Assembly (NCBI GenBank): GCA_045613785.1
Contig: JAZLBQ010000026.1
Coordinates: 1 to 64,000 of the forward strand
Length of the DNA stretch: 64,000 nucleotides
Reading direction: 5' to 3'
Source: Candidatus Enterousia sp.
GTDB lineage: Bacteria > Pseudomonadota > Alphaproteobacteria > Rs-D84
This document shows, piece by piece, positions 9,800 through 20,676 of this stretch. The notes below the pieces were generated by a model. The model made no database searches, was not told the origin of the DNA, and was given only the letters and a program-made list of their open reading frames with translations. The position numbers and the translations under genes were made by a program. Every line of letters starts with the position of its first letter. The first letter of the stretch is position 1.

Positions 9800-10810
9800 A
9801 TGCAAAACAAAAAAATAGATATTGTTTACCTGTGGGTTGACGACAACGATGAAAACTGGCGTTCCCAGAAAGATAAATGGCTTGAAATCGTCAAGGGCGA
9901 ACATCCTGTCTATTCTGATGCAGCCATTGCTGCCCGCTGGCGTGATAATGGCGAATTCAGATACTCGCTACGAAGTGTTGCCGAATACGCACCATGGGTA
10001 AATCACATTTATATCATAACTGGCTTTAATCAAGTTCCAACATGGCTAAACACCAATCATCCAAAAATCACGATTGTTCCGCACGAACAGATTATGCCTG
10101 CGGACGCAATTCCGACATTTAATGCGACCGCGATAGAGATGTGTATTCCAAATATCCCAGGTCTATCCGAACGGTTTTTGCTGATGAACGACGATATGTT
10201 TTTCAATCGTCCGCTATCTCCTGACTTCTTCTACGACGTCCAGGGTCGGGCCCGTGTTTTATACAGCAACCATTCCGGCCGCAGCAAGAACATTGGTGAA
10301 TGGATGACCCACGTTGATGAATACACCCAGACCTTGATACTATCTGCCCAGTTTATTGATAAAATATTTGGACACAACGTATATAAATACCGCCCATCAC
10401 ACGGCATTGATCCATACTTCAAATCCACCTGGTCTGAATGTCGCAACCACCCATTATTGACAGGTTTAATTGACAAGCAAATCAGGAACAAATTCCGCAC
10501 AAATAACGAAGTCCAACGTTGGATGTTTAACTTGTATGACCTAACCACAGGCCGTGCAAAGTTCATTCACAGTCGTGCACGCAAGCATTCTCGTCATAAA
10601 ATCAGTGATTTTATATACAACAGCATTTTTGCACCGTTTATCAAAAATTCACCTGTATATTGCACAGATGCACAAACAGCACGTTTTGCACTTAAAAACG
10701 CACCAACATTTTGCATAAATGATTCACGTGATACAGACGACAGAATATTGAAAAACAATGCGAAATTTTTAGCTGAACGTTTTCCAAACAAATGTGAATT
10801 TGAAAAATAA
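9800..10810 (+). CDS. Stealth family hexose-1-phosphate transferase
   Basis: CR1 IDIVYLWVD, CR2 EFRYSLRSV..YAPWVNHIYIIT...PTFNATAIE...LSERFLLMNDDMFF, CR4 FCIND...RFPNKCEFE. Confidence 0.9.
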   Translation: MQNKKIDIVYLWVDDNDENWRSQKDKWLEIVKGEHPVYSDAAIAARWRDNGEFRYSLRSVAEYAPWVNHIYIITGFNQVPTWLNTNHPKITIVPHEQIMPADAIPTFNATAIEMCIPNIPGLSERFLLMNDDMFFNRPLSPDFFYDVQGRARVLYSNHSGRSKNIGEWMTHVDEYTQTLILSAQFIDKIFGHNVYKYRPSHGIDPYFKSTWSECRNHPLLTGLIDKQIRNKFRTNNEVQRWMFNLYDLTTGRAKFIHSRARKHSRHKISDFIYNSIFAPFIKNSPVYCTDAQTARFALKNAPTFCINDSRDTDDRILKNNAKFLAERFPNKCEFEK

Positions 10811-10835
10811 AAATCCCCCAAATGGGGGATTTAAT

Positions 10836-11873
10836 TTATTCAAACCTGCAAGTTTTTATAAAATCACAAATATTTGCCCTGACCTTCTTTGCCCACTTAA
10901 ACGGCGGTCTATCTAATGCCCCAATATGTTCCAAGCGTTGCAAAGCCTGACGTGCTTCTTCTAATTCACCATCGCTTGTAATATATTTAATTTTACTAAA
11001 CGCCTTGGCGATAAAATACCATTGAAAATTTTCGGACCATTTTTTCATCTGATATTGCGATGCTTGACTTGCATACTTTGTATAAGCATCTTCTAATCCG
11101 ACGCACAAACTTTTCATTATTCTCAGTTGTTTTGCACTCAAAACAATTCCACCAAAATTAGGAATATAAAAATACAAAGGCAACGGCACAATAGTAGTTC
11201 TTGGATTACGCAACATAACATTGCTCCACCAAGGAAAATCTTCGAACAAAATCCCCTTGATAAAAGGAACATCTGCAATCAATTCACGCTTATACAGATT
11301 TTTCCACACCTGACAATGTTTAATCAGCCACTTCTTTTTTCTGCCTGCCTTGTTATGTGTTTTTTCTGTTGCATATTCATAAACATCATCTGTCTTTAAA
11401 GTCTTGATACACTTTAAATCATAAATTTTATTAAACCGCCGTGGCACAACATTATCAGTATTTAACTTCAATATATGACGAATCATCAACTGTGGTCGAT
11501 AAATTCTGTCATATGTAAACGACACAATATCAGACCCATCACGCAACGCCAAACCATGTGCAATTTCCATTGTCTGAGGTTGAATAAAATCATCACTATC
11601 CAGATATAAAATATAATCACCTGTTGCGACTGCCATACCTGCATTACGTGCATCACTCAGCCCACCATTTTCCTTATTTACAATTCGAAAGCGACTGTCT
11701 TTTGCAGCATACTCTGCCAAAATTTCTGCTGATTTATCAGGACTGCCATCATTTACACAAATAGCCTCCCAGTCTGTAAAGGTCTGATTTTTAACACTAT
11801 CTAGACATCTGCGTAAATATTTTTCAACATTATAAATTGGAATAATTACTGAAATCGCAGGCATATCAATCAC
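10836..11873 (-). CDS. glycosyltransferase family 2
   Basis: ISVIIPIYNVEKYLRRCLDS, VNDGSPD, NGGLSDARN, YLDSDD, FEDF. Confidence 0.9.
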   Translation of the reverse strand: MIDMPAISVIIPIYNVEKYLRRCLDSVKNQTFTDWEAICVNDGSPDKSAEILAEYAAKDSRFRIVNKENGGLSDARNAGMAVATGDYILYLDSDDFIQPQTMEIAHGLALRDGSDIVSFTYDRIYRPQLMIRHILKLNTDNVVPRRFNKIYDLKCIKTLKTDDVYEYATEKTHNKAGRKKKWLIKHCQVWKNLYKRELIADVPFIKGILFEDFPWWSNVMLRNPRTTIVPLPLYFYIPNFGGIVLSAKQLRIMKSLCVGLEDAYTKYASQASQYQMKKWSENFQWYFIAKAFSKIKYITSDGELEEARQALQRLEHIGALDRPPFKWAKKVRANICDFIKTCRFE

Positions 11874-11888
11874 TCCCCTATTTTATAT

Positions 11889-12662
11889 TTATTTGAACAA
11901 TCTGATAAGTTTACGCAATCGCCATAAATGCATTACTTTATGCTGTTTTGCAAAATCCCGTCTGTATTGTTTTCCGATTTTATATTGTTTTTTGACCCGT
12001 GCATGATGCTCTGCATCACGATTATTTAATGCAGACGTTTCATTGAACATATAGTGATAAAACACCCACGGCACACTGACGACAAAGCCAGCTTTTTCAA
12101 TTGCTTTTAACACAAACAAAGTATCTTCCTGTGCGATTAAATTTGTATCAAAATGCAAATCATTATTTTTGATAAATTCAGTTTTGAACAAATACCGCCA
12201 CACATAAGAATCCGTCAATGCCCGTGTCAGACGCAACTTGTCAGCGATTCCACGTCCCAGTTTAACCCCACTATAAACAATCTGTTTAGTGTATTTATTA
12301 TCGCTATCAAACCCTGAAACCACCATATCCGCATTTGAATCCTGGGCAACGGTCAGCATTGATTGATAGTATTCAGGGTCAATCCAATCGTCTGCGTCCA
12401 GAAAGTGAATATATTCACCATCTGCGTTCATTATTCCATCATTACGAGCCGAAGACACACCTGCATTTGCCTTGTGAATAACCCGAAATCGTTTATCACG
12501 CATTGCATATTCGTCCAAGATTGCCGCTGATTTATCAGGGCTGCCATCATCGATACAAATTGCCTGCCAATCAGTAAATGTCTGTGCGATTAAACTGTCC
12601 AGACATCTACGCAGATATTTTTCAACTTTGAACACAGGAATAACGACACTAATCACTGGCAT
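11889..12662 (-). CDS. glycosyltransferase family 2
   Basis: ISVVIPVFKVEKYLRRCLDS, IDDGSPD, NAGVSSARN, FLDADD, QED. Paralogous to the downstream GT2. Confidence 0.9.
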   Translation of the reverse strand: MPVISVVIPVFKVEKYLRRCLDSLIAQTFTDWQAICIDDGSPDKSAAILDEYAMRDKRFRVIHKANAGVSSARNDGIMNADGEYIHFLDADDWIDPEYYQSMLTVAQDSNADMVVSGFDSDNKYTKQIVYSGVKLGRGIADKLRLTRALTDSYVWRYLFKTEFIKNNDLHFDTNLIAQEDTLFVLKAIEKAGFVVSVPWVFYHYMFNETSALNNRDAEHHARVKKQYKIGKQYRRDFAKQHKVMHLWRLRKLIRLFK

Positions 12663-12677
12663 AACAAATCCTTTTTA

Positions 12678-13574
12678 TTACATTTTCAGCATTTCCGCAG
12701 CAACTGTTCCTGGCTTTGGATTTTTCGCCTGATGATAAGTCGTTTTTTGAAAGAACGCCCCACTTGTCACCTTATCAAATTCTTCCTTGTTAAAAGGTTT
12801 ATCGTGCCAGTCCCACCACAATGCATGTGTTGGGTCCTGGTCAACGTGTGGCATTTTTGCAAAATATTTTATTGCCCGTGGGTCATTGTGAACCATTGTC
12901 TTGAACAACAATTGATGCATAAAGTAATCAAACGGTCCATTTTCTTTTGTCCAATAATCCAGCATCATAGCCCGCCAAGCGTCCAGCAAATACGCCCCCT
13001 TGCGTGAACGGATAAAGCAATTTTGCATATAACTATATGGGCTGCCAACCTTTTGTCCAGCCATATAGACAAAGAAATCTTCATCAGCAATCCAGTCAGG
13101 AATAGGCTGTGTTACAAAGCCCGTAGAATCCAGCCAAAAACCGCCGTGGTTATATAGCAATTCGACACGACAAATATCTGCGAAATGTGCGTGAGATATT
13201 TTTCCAGCCTTACGCTTTTTCATAATAATTTCTGGCAGTGTTATATAATCAAACACTGTCTTTTCGTCCAGCACCACCAATTCTTGTTTACAGTGTTTTC
13301 TGACACTACGGAAACAAGCCTTGACTAATTCCGGTGCATTTTCTTCACCCTGCAACCACAGTGAAAAAATTTTATCATTTGCATCATTATTGACCACTTT
13401 GCGTTCCTTGACAGCGGCTGCGGCTGGCAAATATCTTTCAAAATATTTTGGTATTACACGTTCAATCACAGCACTTCGCACAGCACGACGTTTTAGTCGT
13501 GGTCGCCAAAACCAGTTTAAAATATGTCCTTCTACAATAATCTGAGTCATTGCCCACATACGTTGAAAATTCAT
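12678..13574 (-). CDS. capsular polysaccharide synthesis protein (Caps_synth/GT32-like)
   Basis: IFSLWLQGEENAPELVKACF, HFADICRVELLYNHGGFWLDST, DYFMHQ. Confidence 0.82.
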   Translation of the reverse strand: MNFQRMWAMTQIIVEGHILNWFWRPRLKRRAVRSAVIERVIPKYFERYLPAAAAVKERKVVNNDANDKIFSLWLQGEENAPELVKACFRSVRKHCKQELVVLDEKTVFDYITLPEIIMKKRKAGKISHAHFADICRVELLYNHGGFWLDSTGFVTQPIPDWIADEDFFVYMAGQKVGSPYSYMQNCFIRSRKGAYLLDAWRAMMLDYWTKENGPFDYFMHQLLFKTMVHNDPRAIKYFAKMPHVDQDPTHALWWDWHDKPFNKEEFDKVTSGAFFQKTTYHQAKNPKPGTVAAEMLKM

Positions 13575-13627
13575 AACCAATCCTTTTTATAAAACTAAAT
13601 TTCCCCAGTCAAAAACTGGGGAACCAA

Positions 13628-14710
13628 TTACTCTTCAGAATCCACCGCTGATGTTTCTTCATCATCGATTGGACCAGTTGTCATTTCTTCGGCTATTCCG
13701 GACGAACGTGCCATAATTTTATTCAACAATTCTTCCTGTTCTGCCGGGTGATCTTTCAACCACTGACGAGCGTTAGCCTCGCCCTGCCCCATACGTTCAC
13801 TGTTATAAGAATAGAAACTGCCTGCTTTTTCAATCAAGTCATATTTCACACCCATATCCAGAATTTCACTTATTCTTGAAATACCTTCACCATACATAAT
13901 CTTGAAATCAACAGTTCTAAATGGTGGTGCAACCTTGTTTTTAACAATTTTAACACGTGTTTCATTACCGACAATATTTTCTTTGTCTTTGATTTGTCCT
14001 GTTCTACGAATATCCAAACGCACCGACGCATAGAACTTTAACGCATTACCACCCGATGTTGTTTCTGGATTACCGAACATAACCCCAATCTTCATACGAA
14101 TTTGATTGATAAAGATAAGCAATGTATTACTGCGAGAAACAGACCCAGCCAATTTTTTCAAACTTTGACTCATAAGTCTTGCTGTTGTTCCAACGAATGA
14201 ATCCCCAATATTTCCTTCCAATTCTGCCTTTGGCACCAATGCCGCCACAGAATCAATTACAACAACATCAACCGCACCAGATTTAATCAAAGTATCTGCG
14301 ATTTCCAATGCCTGTTCCCCAGAATCTGGCTGTGAAATAATAAGATTCGAAACATCAACACCCAACTTTTTTGCATAAGAAGGATCTAATGCATTTTCCG
14401 CATCAATATATGCACACGTTCCGCCTTTTTTCTGTGATTCTGCAACCGCATGCAACGCTAATGTTGTCTTACCTGATGATTCAGGGCCATATATTTCGAC
14501 TATACGTCCTTTTGGATAACCGCCGACACCCAACGCAATATCCAACCCTAACGAGCCTGACGAAATCGCCTCTATATTTTGCTGCGATCCATCGCCCATT
14601 TTCATAATGGCTTCTTTACCGAACTGTTTTTGAATTTGTGCCAACGCAGATTCCAACGCTGGATTTTTTCCAGCCACTCCGCTATCTTTTGCAGCATCTT
14701 TTTTTGCCAT
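13628..14710 (-). CDS. recA: recombinase RecA
   Basis: [60 protein letters not shown]. Confidence 0.99.
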   Translation of the reverse strand: MAKKDAAKDSGVAGKNPALESALAQIQKQFGKEAIMKMGDGSQQNIEAISSGSLGLDIALGVGGYPKGRIVEIYGPESSGKTTLALHAVAESQKKGGTCAYIDAENALDPSYAKKLGVDVSNLIISQPDSGEQALEIADTLIKSGAVDVVVIDSVAALVPKAELEGNIGDSFVGTTARLMSQSLKKLAGSVSRSNTLLIFINQIRMKIGVMFGNPETTSGGNALKFYASVRLDIRRTGQIKDKENIVGNETRVKIVKNKVAPPFRTVDFKIMYGEGISRISEILDMGVKYDLIEKAGSFYSYNSERMGQGEANARQWLKDHPAEQEELLNKIMARSSGIAEEMTTGPIDDEETSAVDSEE

Positions 14711-14773
14711 AATTTTCCCCTTTTTTTCTTAAGGAAATCTTACAAACAAACCACGAAAAAAGCAACGAATTTG

Positions 14774-15961
14774 TTATCTTTTCTTTTCTGGCAAAATCAA
14801 CAAACTAAACGCCCCGACAAAGACGGTTACAACCCACACAGCCGACGTTGTTCCGAACAAAGAAATCACAACTGCCGCCAACATCGGTGCAATAACATTT
14901 GGCAAATTAGAACTTGTTCTAAACACGCCATAATACTTGGCCTGCTGTGCCCGTCCCATACCGTCAAAGAACAACAAATCATGAACAGATTCCATCAATG
15001 CCCCCGACACCTGCCATGCAACAAATATAACCAATAACGGCACACCTGTAACGATTGTTGCAGCCGCTGACAATAATGCAAAAGAACCAAATCCCAGCAT
15101 CAGCCAAATTGTTTTACCAAAACGTCTAACTGCCCGCCCCATAAATTCACTAAGCAACAAATAAGGCACAATCCCCAGCGTTAAAACCCAACCCAACACG
15201 TCCTTATCAAATCCATTTTCAACAACCAAAATCGGCACATACAAGACACGCATTGCACGCAAAGAATAATACCCAAAGTTTACCAAATAAGCCCGCACCA
15301 TACCTGGCACCCTGAAAAATTGAACAGTATTTTTCCACAACGCCCGGAAAGTCTTGCGTGGATTGACCGGCTTTATTTGTTTATCTTCCTGAACGATTTT
15401 GAAATATTTGAACACCGACCAAGCAATCAGATAAATCACAGCAGATGCAAAAAACGCCGCCCGATTACCAAACAAATCTGCAATCCAAACAGCAAGCATT
15501 GGTGCGAACAAGGCCCCCACATTCAACCATAAATGATACCGTGAATTTAACCTAGCCATACCGATATTTTTTGAAAAATCAGACATAAACAACGGAATCA
15601 ACATACTTGACAATGTGATTGCAATCCCGGTTGTATAGTCCAGAATAACAAAAGTCCGTGGCAATATTGAAAAGCTCATCATCGCATAGCAAATTGCCAT
15701 CATCAGCAAAGCAAAAAAGAACACCCGAACCTTGGAAAAAGCCCGCAAGATTTCATTTGCGAACAGCCCTACAACAAAACAGAACACAGAATAAATAGCA
15801 ACATAAATTCCGACAATTGCAGAAGACTTAAAAATCTCTAATAAAACCAGTGAATAAACAGCATTGTAAATTCCATCTGCAAACCCTGTAAACAAACCCA
15901 GATTTGCAAACGAAAAGCCACTAACACTTTTTCGAACTGAAATATATTTATCCCTTGCCAT
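14774..15961 (-). CDS. MFS transporter
   Basis: 395 aa with about 12 hydrophobic segments in two halves and an MFS-like GR..RRFGK loop. Confidence 0.75.
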   Translation of the reverse strand: MARDKYISVRKSVSGFSFANLGLFTGFADGIYNAVYSLVLLEIFKSSAIVGIYVAIYSVFCFVVGLFANEILRAFSKVRVFFFALLMMAICYAMMSFSILPRTFVILDYTTGIAITLSSMLIPLFMSDFSKNIGMARLNSRYHLWLNVGALFAPMLAVWIADLFGNRAAFFASAVIYLIAWSVFKYFKIVQEDKQIKPVNPRKTFRALWKNTVQFFRVPGMVRAYLVNFGYYSLRAMRVLYVPILVVENGFDKDVLGWVLTLGIVPYLLLSEFMGRAVRRFGKTIWLMLGFGSFALLSAAATIVTGVPLLVIFVAWQVSGALMESVHDLLFFDGMGRAQQAKYYGVFRTSSNLPNVIAPMLAAVVISLFGTTSAVWVVTVFVGAFSLLILPEKKR

Positions 15962-16022
15962 ATTGATAAATTATAGCATAAAAAAAACAAATCAGCAAAC
16001 GCAAGGAATCAAAATTTTAATG

Positions 16023-16126
16023 AAATTAAATAGAATAATTTAGATACGGACAGTGCCGTCCCCGCTGTGTCCAGAAGCGACATAAGGGAACGGCACCGTT
16101 CGCAGATGAATTATTATATTTAATTT
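16023..16126. repeat. AGAT-mismatch palindromic element, copy 2 (3' of yebC; supplies its stop codon)
   Basis: AAATTAAATAGAATAATTT-AGAT-ACGGACAGTGCCGTCCC..GGGAACGGCACCGTTCGC-AGAT-GAATTATTATATTTAATTT. Near-identical to the copies at 28713 and 35363. Confidence 0.92.
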
Positions 16127-16836
16127 GCGGCAGTAAACACCTTCTGCACATCATCATTCGCATCCAATGCATCAACTAACTTTTCCAATTTAGCATACGC
16201 TTCGTCGTCCAAGTCCATTGGCATATTTGGAAGCCATGTCAATTCTGCCTGTTCTGGTTCACCCAATTTATCAGCCAAGATTTTTTGTGCATTGATAAAA
16301 TCTTCTGGTTTTGTTGTGATGATAAAACCTTCTTCGGATGTTTCCAGGTTATCAGCATTAGCCTCCATAATGATTTCCATCATTTCATCTTCAGTTTTGC
16401 CGATTGATGCAGGATACATAATCTGACCGGCACGTGTAAACATAAAGACAACACTGCCTTCTTCACCCATATTTCCGCCATTTTTACCAAAGATGTTACG
16501 AATTTCTGGCACTGTGCGACGTGGGTTATCGGTCAAGGCCTCTACAATAACAGGCACTGCCCCTGGTCCATAACCTTCATATCTTACTGCTTCATAGTTT
16601 TCGGTATTTGACCCCGATGCTTTATCGATTGCACGTTTGATATTATCGTTCGGCATAGAATTCTTGCGTGCTGTCAAGATTGCCAAACGCAGGCGTGGAT
16701 TATTATCAGGGTTTTTATCACCCAGCTTTGCCGCCATTGTAATTTCACGTGCTAATTTTGTAAACAAACCACTTCGTGCTGCGTCTGCTGCACCTTTTTT
16801 GTGTTGGATATTATGCCATTTACTATGTCCACTCAT
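16120..16836 (-). CDS. yebC: YebC/PmpR family protein
   Basis: MSGHSKWHNIQHKKG, NPRLRLAI, YEGYGPG, LTDNPRRT, DDVQKVF. Confidence 0.96.
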   Translation of the reverse strand: MSGHSKWHNIQHKKGAADAARSGLFTKLAREITMAAKLGDKNPDNNPRLRLAILTARKNSMPNDNIKRAIDKASGSNTENYEAVRYEGYGPGAVPVIVEALTDNPRRTVPEIRNIFGKNGGNMGEEGSVVFMFTRAGQIMYPASIGKTEDEMMEIIMEANADNLETSEEGFIITTKPEDFINAQKILADKLGEPEQAELTWLPNMPMDLDDEAYAKLEKLVDALDANDDVQKVFTAAN

Positions 16837-16886
16837 ATTTGACCTTTTTATTTATTTAGGTTAAAATCACCCCAAAAGGATAGCAA

Positions 16887-17480
16887 ATGATTGGTAAATT
16901 GCAAGGCATAGTTGACTATATTGGCGACGGATATGTAATTTTATTGACAGGGGGTGTCGGCTACAAGGTTTATACTGCCGAATACCTGCCGCACAAAAGC
17001 ACGGTAGAGCTGTGGATAGAAACAATTGTCCGAGAAGATTCCATACGCCTATTTGGTTTTACCAGTCTATCTGCACAAAACCTGTTTAATATGCTAACGG
17101 GGGTTTCTGGTGTTGGTCCAAAGGTTGCTTTGGCAATACTTGGGACAATAAATTCCGACACATTGATGTCAGCGATTGCGACAGGCGACGCAAAAACGAT
17201 TGCTACTGCCCCAGGGGTTGGCAAAAAGATGGCAGAAAAAATCATTGTTGAATTAAAGAACAAAGTAGGTGGCATATCTGCGACATTATTTGCCCCAGAA
17301 GTTGACACAACTATGACAGCATCGTCTGCCCTACCAGATTTATTGATGGCATTAGAATCCTTGGGCTATCGCCGTCTAGACATTATTGAAATGGCACAAA
17401 AGTTGGTGAATCAAAACCCAACCGCAGACGTATCTAAACTGGTTCCCCTGGCATTAAAAGAAATCAGCAAAGGCAAATAA
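16887..17480 (+). CDS. ruvA: Holliday junction branch migration protein RuvA
   Basis: MIGKLQG, GGVGYKV, VREDSIRLFGF, VSGVGPKVAL, PGVGKKMAEKIIVELK, ALESLGY. Confidence 0.95.
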   Translation: MIGKLQGIVDYIGDGYVILLTGGVGYKVYTAEYLPHKSTVELWIETIVREDSIRLFGFTSLSAQNLFNMLTGVSGVGPKVALAILGTINSDTLMSAIATGDAKTIATAPGVGKKMAEKIIVELKNKVGGISATLFAPEVDTTMTASSALPDLLMALESLGYRRLDIIEMAQKLVNQNPTADVSKLVPLALKEISKGK

Positions 17481-17484
17481 AACA

Positions 17485-18810
17485 ATGAACAATAACGACA
17501 CAATTTTTGCACTTTCATCTGGGCACGGCAAATCAGGCGTTGCGGTTATTCGCATATCTGGCGACAAACTGCACGACGTATTTTCCACTTTTATAAACAA
17601 GCCTGAATTTACCCCACGCCAGGCATATTTTTGCAATCTTCACGACAATAATAATGACCTGCTGGATCAATGCCTGGCAATATATTTTCCTGCTCCACAC
17701 AGTTTCACAGGCACTGACGTTATTGAATTACACACACACGGTGCACCTGCAACAATCAATGCGGTATTTGAATACCTAAAGACATTAGGCATGCGTCTTG
17801 CGACCCCTGGGGAATTTTCACGTCGTGCATTTTATAATAACAAAATGGACTTAGCAGATGTTGACGGTCTGGCGGCATTACTTGACGCCCAAACAGACCA
17901 GCAACGCAAACACGCCCTTAAATCAATGCTGGGTTCAGACAGCCAGATTTACAACACCTGGCGTAATCAGATGGTTGAAATATCGGCTTATGCTGCTGCT
18001 ATCCTTGATTACAGTCCTGATGATTTACCAGAAAACATATCTGAAACAATAAAATCCAGAACATCAAAATTATACATTGAAATAACCAATGCATTAAAAA
18101 AATACAAAACATCACGTGCAATCCGTGGCGGTATAAATATTGCATTAGTTGGCGAAACAAACGTTGGTAAATCATCAATATTTAATTACATTGTTGGTTC
18201 TAATCGCGCGATTGTATCTGATATTGCTGGCACTACACGTGATGTCATATCTGCAAATCTTGACATTGACGGATACCTGGTAAATTTATCAGACACGGCA
18301 GGTCTGCGTGAAACAGACGATATAATTGAATCAATCGGGATACAGCGAACAAAATCAGAAATCAAAAACGCAGATATTGTCTTGCACGTTTACACGCCGG
18401 ACACTGTTCCACTGTTACGCATAGATGAATCCCGCATTGGTCCAAATCCAAACATAAACATTGTGAACAAGTGCGACACAATTCCTCAATCAGAATACGA
18501 CTATGAATTTGGTCTGCCCATATCTGCCAAGACAGGTATTGGAATGGATGATTTAATGGAAACAATCCGCAATAAAATTCACGAGATATTTGACACCACA
18601 GAAAACAGCCTTTGCATAAATGCCCGCACCAAAGAATTATTAGAAACTGCCCAATCCGAATTAGGCAACGCACTAAACGCTGGCGAAAATTACGACATAT
18701 TTGCCGAACACACTCGCCGTTCTGCGGACGCAATTGGCAAGATTCTGGGCACAATCACGGCAAGCGAGGTTCTAGACAAAACCTTTGGGCAACTATGCCT
18801 AGGCAAATAA
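17485..18810 (+). CDS. mnmE: tRNA modification GTPase MnmE/TrmE
   Basis: DTIFALSSG..GVAVIRISG, SFTGTD, PGEFSRRAF, GETNVGKSS, AGTTRD, DTAGLRE, C-terminal CLGK. Confidence 0.95.
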   Translation: MNNNDTIFALSSGHGKSGVAVIRISGDKLHDVFSTFINKPEFTPRQAYFCNLHDNNNDLLDQCLAIYFPAPHSFTGTDVIELHTHGAPATINAVFEYLKTLGMRLATPGEFSRRAFYNNKMDLADVDGLAALLDAQTDQQRKHALKSMLGSDSQIYNTWRNQMVEISAYAAAILDYSPDDLPENISETIKSRTSKLYIEITNALKKYKTSRAIRGGINIALVGETNVGKSSIFNYIVGSNRAIVSDIAGTTRDVISANLDIDGYLVNLSDTAGLRETDDIIESIGIQRTKSEIKNADIVLHVYTPDTVPLLRIDESRIGPNPNINIVNKCDTIPQSEYDYEFGLPISAKTGIGMDDLMETIRNKIHEIFDTTENSLCINARTKELLETAQSELGNALNAGENYDIFAEHTRRSADAIGKILGTITASEVLDKTFGQLCLGK

Positions 18811-18830
18811 CTCCCCAATCAGCATAGATA

Positions 18831-19026
18831 AAATTAAATAGAATAGTCTAGAAAAAAACAATCGGGAATCGTAGTGCACAAACGCTACATACGATTCCCG
18901 ATTTAAATTATAATTTATTGAAAATAAAAGATAATAGTATAGATACGGGTGGGGACGATATCGTAGTGCTCAAACGCTACATAAGATATCCCCCCCACCC
19001 ATAGATATGCCATCAGATTTTATTTT
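18831..19026. repeat. two tandem palindromic elements, copies 3 and 4 (18831-18916, 18921-19026)
   Basis: Both carry the apical CGTAGTGC(A/T)CAAACGCTACATA core inside different stems (ATCGGGAATC/GATTCCCGAT and GGGTGGGG/CCCCACCC). The second has two AGAT/AGAT mismatches like copy 1. Confidence 0.85.
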
Positions 19027-20606
19027 TATTCGTGGCGGTCAGGATACATTCCATCTATCAGATTCTGACGAACCACGTGATGTTTAACCTTTTGCGTGCC
19101 AGTCAAAGGCAAATCCTCGGTTGTCATCGCAAAGTGTGTAACCCACTTATAACTGGCAACTTTTTTATTTGCTGCTGCAATTTCCGCCCCCAGTTTTTCG
19201 ATTGTCATACCTGGTTCAACACTGAACACACCATATGAAACCGTTTTATCTTTGACCTTGTGTTCAAAGACAGCAACGTTTTTAACACCAGGGATTGTGA
19301 TAAACATACCTTCTAATTCATCTGGATAAACGTTTTTACCACTGTCTAAAACGATAACCTGCTTTTTGCGACCAGCAAAATGCAATTCACCGTTTTTGTC
19401 CATTGTAACCATATCACCAGTATTAAAGAAGCCACGTTCATCAAAGATTTCTTTATTGGCTTCTTCGTTATTCAAGTATCCACCGAACACCTGATGTCCA
19501 CGCAACCACAGAACACCAACGCCATCTTCGTTTTTATCACGAATTTCGCATTCATTATTCAGTGTTGGTCCACCAAAAGCGAACGGCAAACGTTTTTTAG
19601 TTGGCTTTGAAATACAGATTGGTCCAACAGTTTCGGTCAAACCATACCCCTGGATAAATGTCAACCCCAAACGTTCATAGAAAGTTTCAACCTCTGGCTT
19701 AGTTGCTGCACCACCTGCAATCAACAAGCGTGCACGTCCACCAAAGACATCCAAGATTGGTTTTTGGACTTTACGCACCAGCGCACCCAAACCAATTTTC
19801 TGCAATGTCTTGCCGTATTTCAATACAAAAGACACCAACCCCCATTTTTTCTGTGCTTTGACGTTATCAATAATTTTGTTCCGGAAAACTTCCCACAATC
19901 TTGGCACAGCTGGGATAACTTGTGGTCGGAATTTTTTAAAGTCCGCCATAATTTCCTTTGGATTGATTGTTGGCTGCAACAACACCCCTGCCCCATAGTG
20001 CAAAGTTGCCAAGATTTCGACTGCGAAACCGAACACGTGATACATTGGCAAAAATCCATACAGATAATCACCTGGTTTAATCCATTCAGCCATTGATTCC
20101 AATGAATTTGTGCATTCAACGATATTAAAGTGTGTCAACGGCACAACCTTTGGCTGCCCTGTTGAGCCTGATGTAAAAGACATTGTTGCAATATCCAAAG
20201 ATTCTACTGCAGCAGGCTTTAAATCAGGGTTTATATCGCCATCTTTCTTGGTAATTTCATAGAAAGTAAATTTATCTGTTTTGTAAACAAAAGACTTTTC
20301 TGCACACACGAACTTACAGTCTGTGATTGTTGCCATATTGTCATATTCAAATGGGGTCAGATTTGTATCCAACAACAATACTGTCCCCCCCAGATACCAA
20401 ATTGCGAATAACGATATTGGGAATTCTGGGATATTATGCGACAAGATACCAATTACATCGCCTTTTTTAACACCTGCTTTATCAAGTGAAGCGGCTCTAG
20501 CCTTTACCAAACCAATGAAGTCTTTATACGTAACCCCTTCACGCACCAGATATAAATTATCTGGATATGTCTGTGCTGTTTTTTCCAGCATTTGATACAT
20601 ATTCAT
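19026..20606 (-). CDS. long-chain acyl-CoA synthetase (AMP-binding enzyme)
   Basis: FTSGSTGQPK, QGYGLTET, FNTGD, GRKK..SGKNVYPDELE. Start moved to MNMYQML at 20606. Confidence 0.88.
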   Translation of the reverse strand: MNMYQMLEKTAQTYPDNLYLVREGVTYKDFIGLVKARAASLDKAGVKKGDVIGILSHNIPEFPISLFAIWYLGGTVLLLDTNLTPFEYDNMATITDCKFVCAEKSFVYKTDKFTFYEITKKDGDINPDLKPAAVESLDIATMSFTSGSTGQPKVVPLTHFNIVECTNSLESMAEWIKPGDYLYGFLPMYHVFGFAVEILATLHYGAGVLLQPTINPKEIMADFKKFRPQVIPAVPRLWEVFRNKIIDNVKAQKKWGLVSFVLKYGKTLQKIGLGALVRKVQKPILDVFGGRARLLIAGGAATKPEVETFYERLGLTFIQGYGLTETVGPICISKPTKKRLPFAFGGPTLNNECEIRDKNEDGVGVLWLRGHQVFGGYLNNEEANKEIFDERGFFNTGDMVTMDKNGELHFAGRKKQVIVLDSGKNVYPDELEGMFITIPGVKNVAVFEHKVKDKTVSYGVFSVEPGMTIEKLGAEIAAANKKVASYKWVTHFAMTTEDLPLTGTQKVKHHVVRQNLIDGMYPDRHE

Positions 20607-20676
20607 AGTATAAAATTCCTTGTTGTTTTTTATATTGGACACGGATATTATACTCAGTAAACCAAGGAAATCAATT

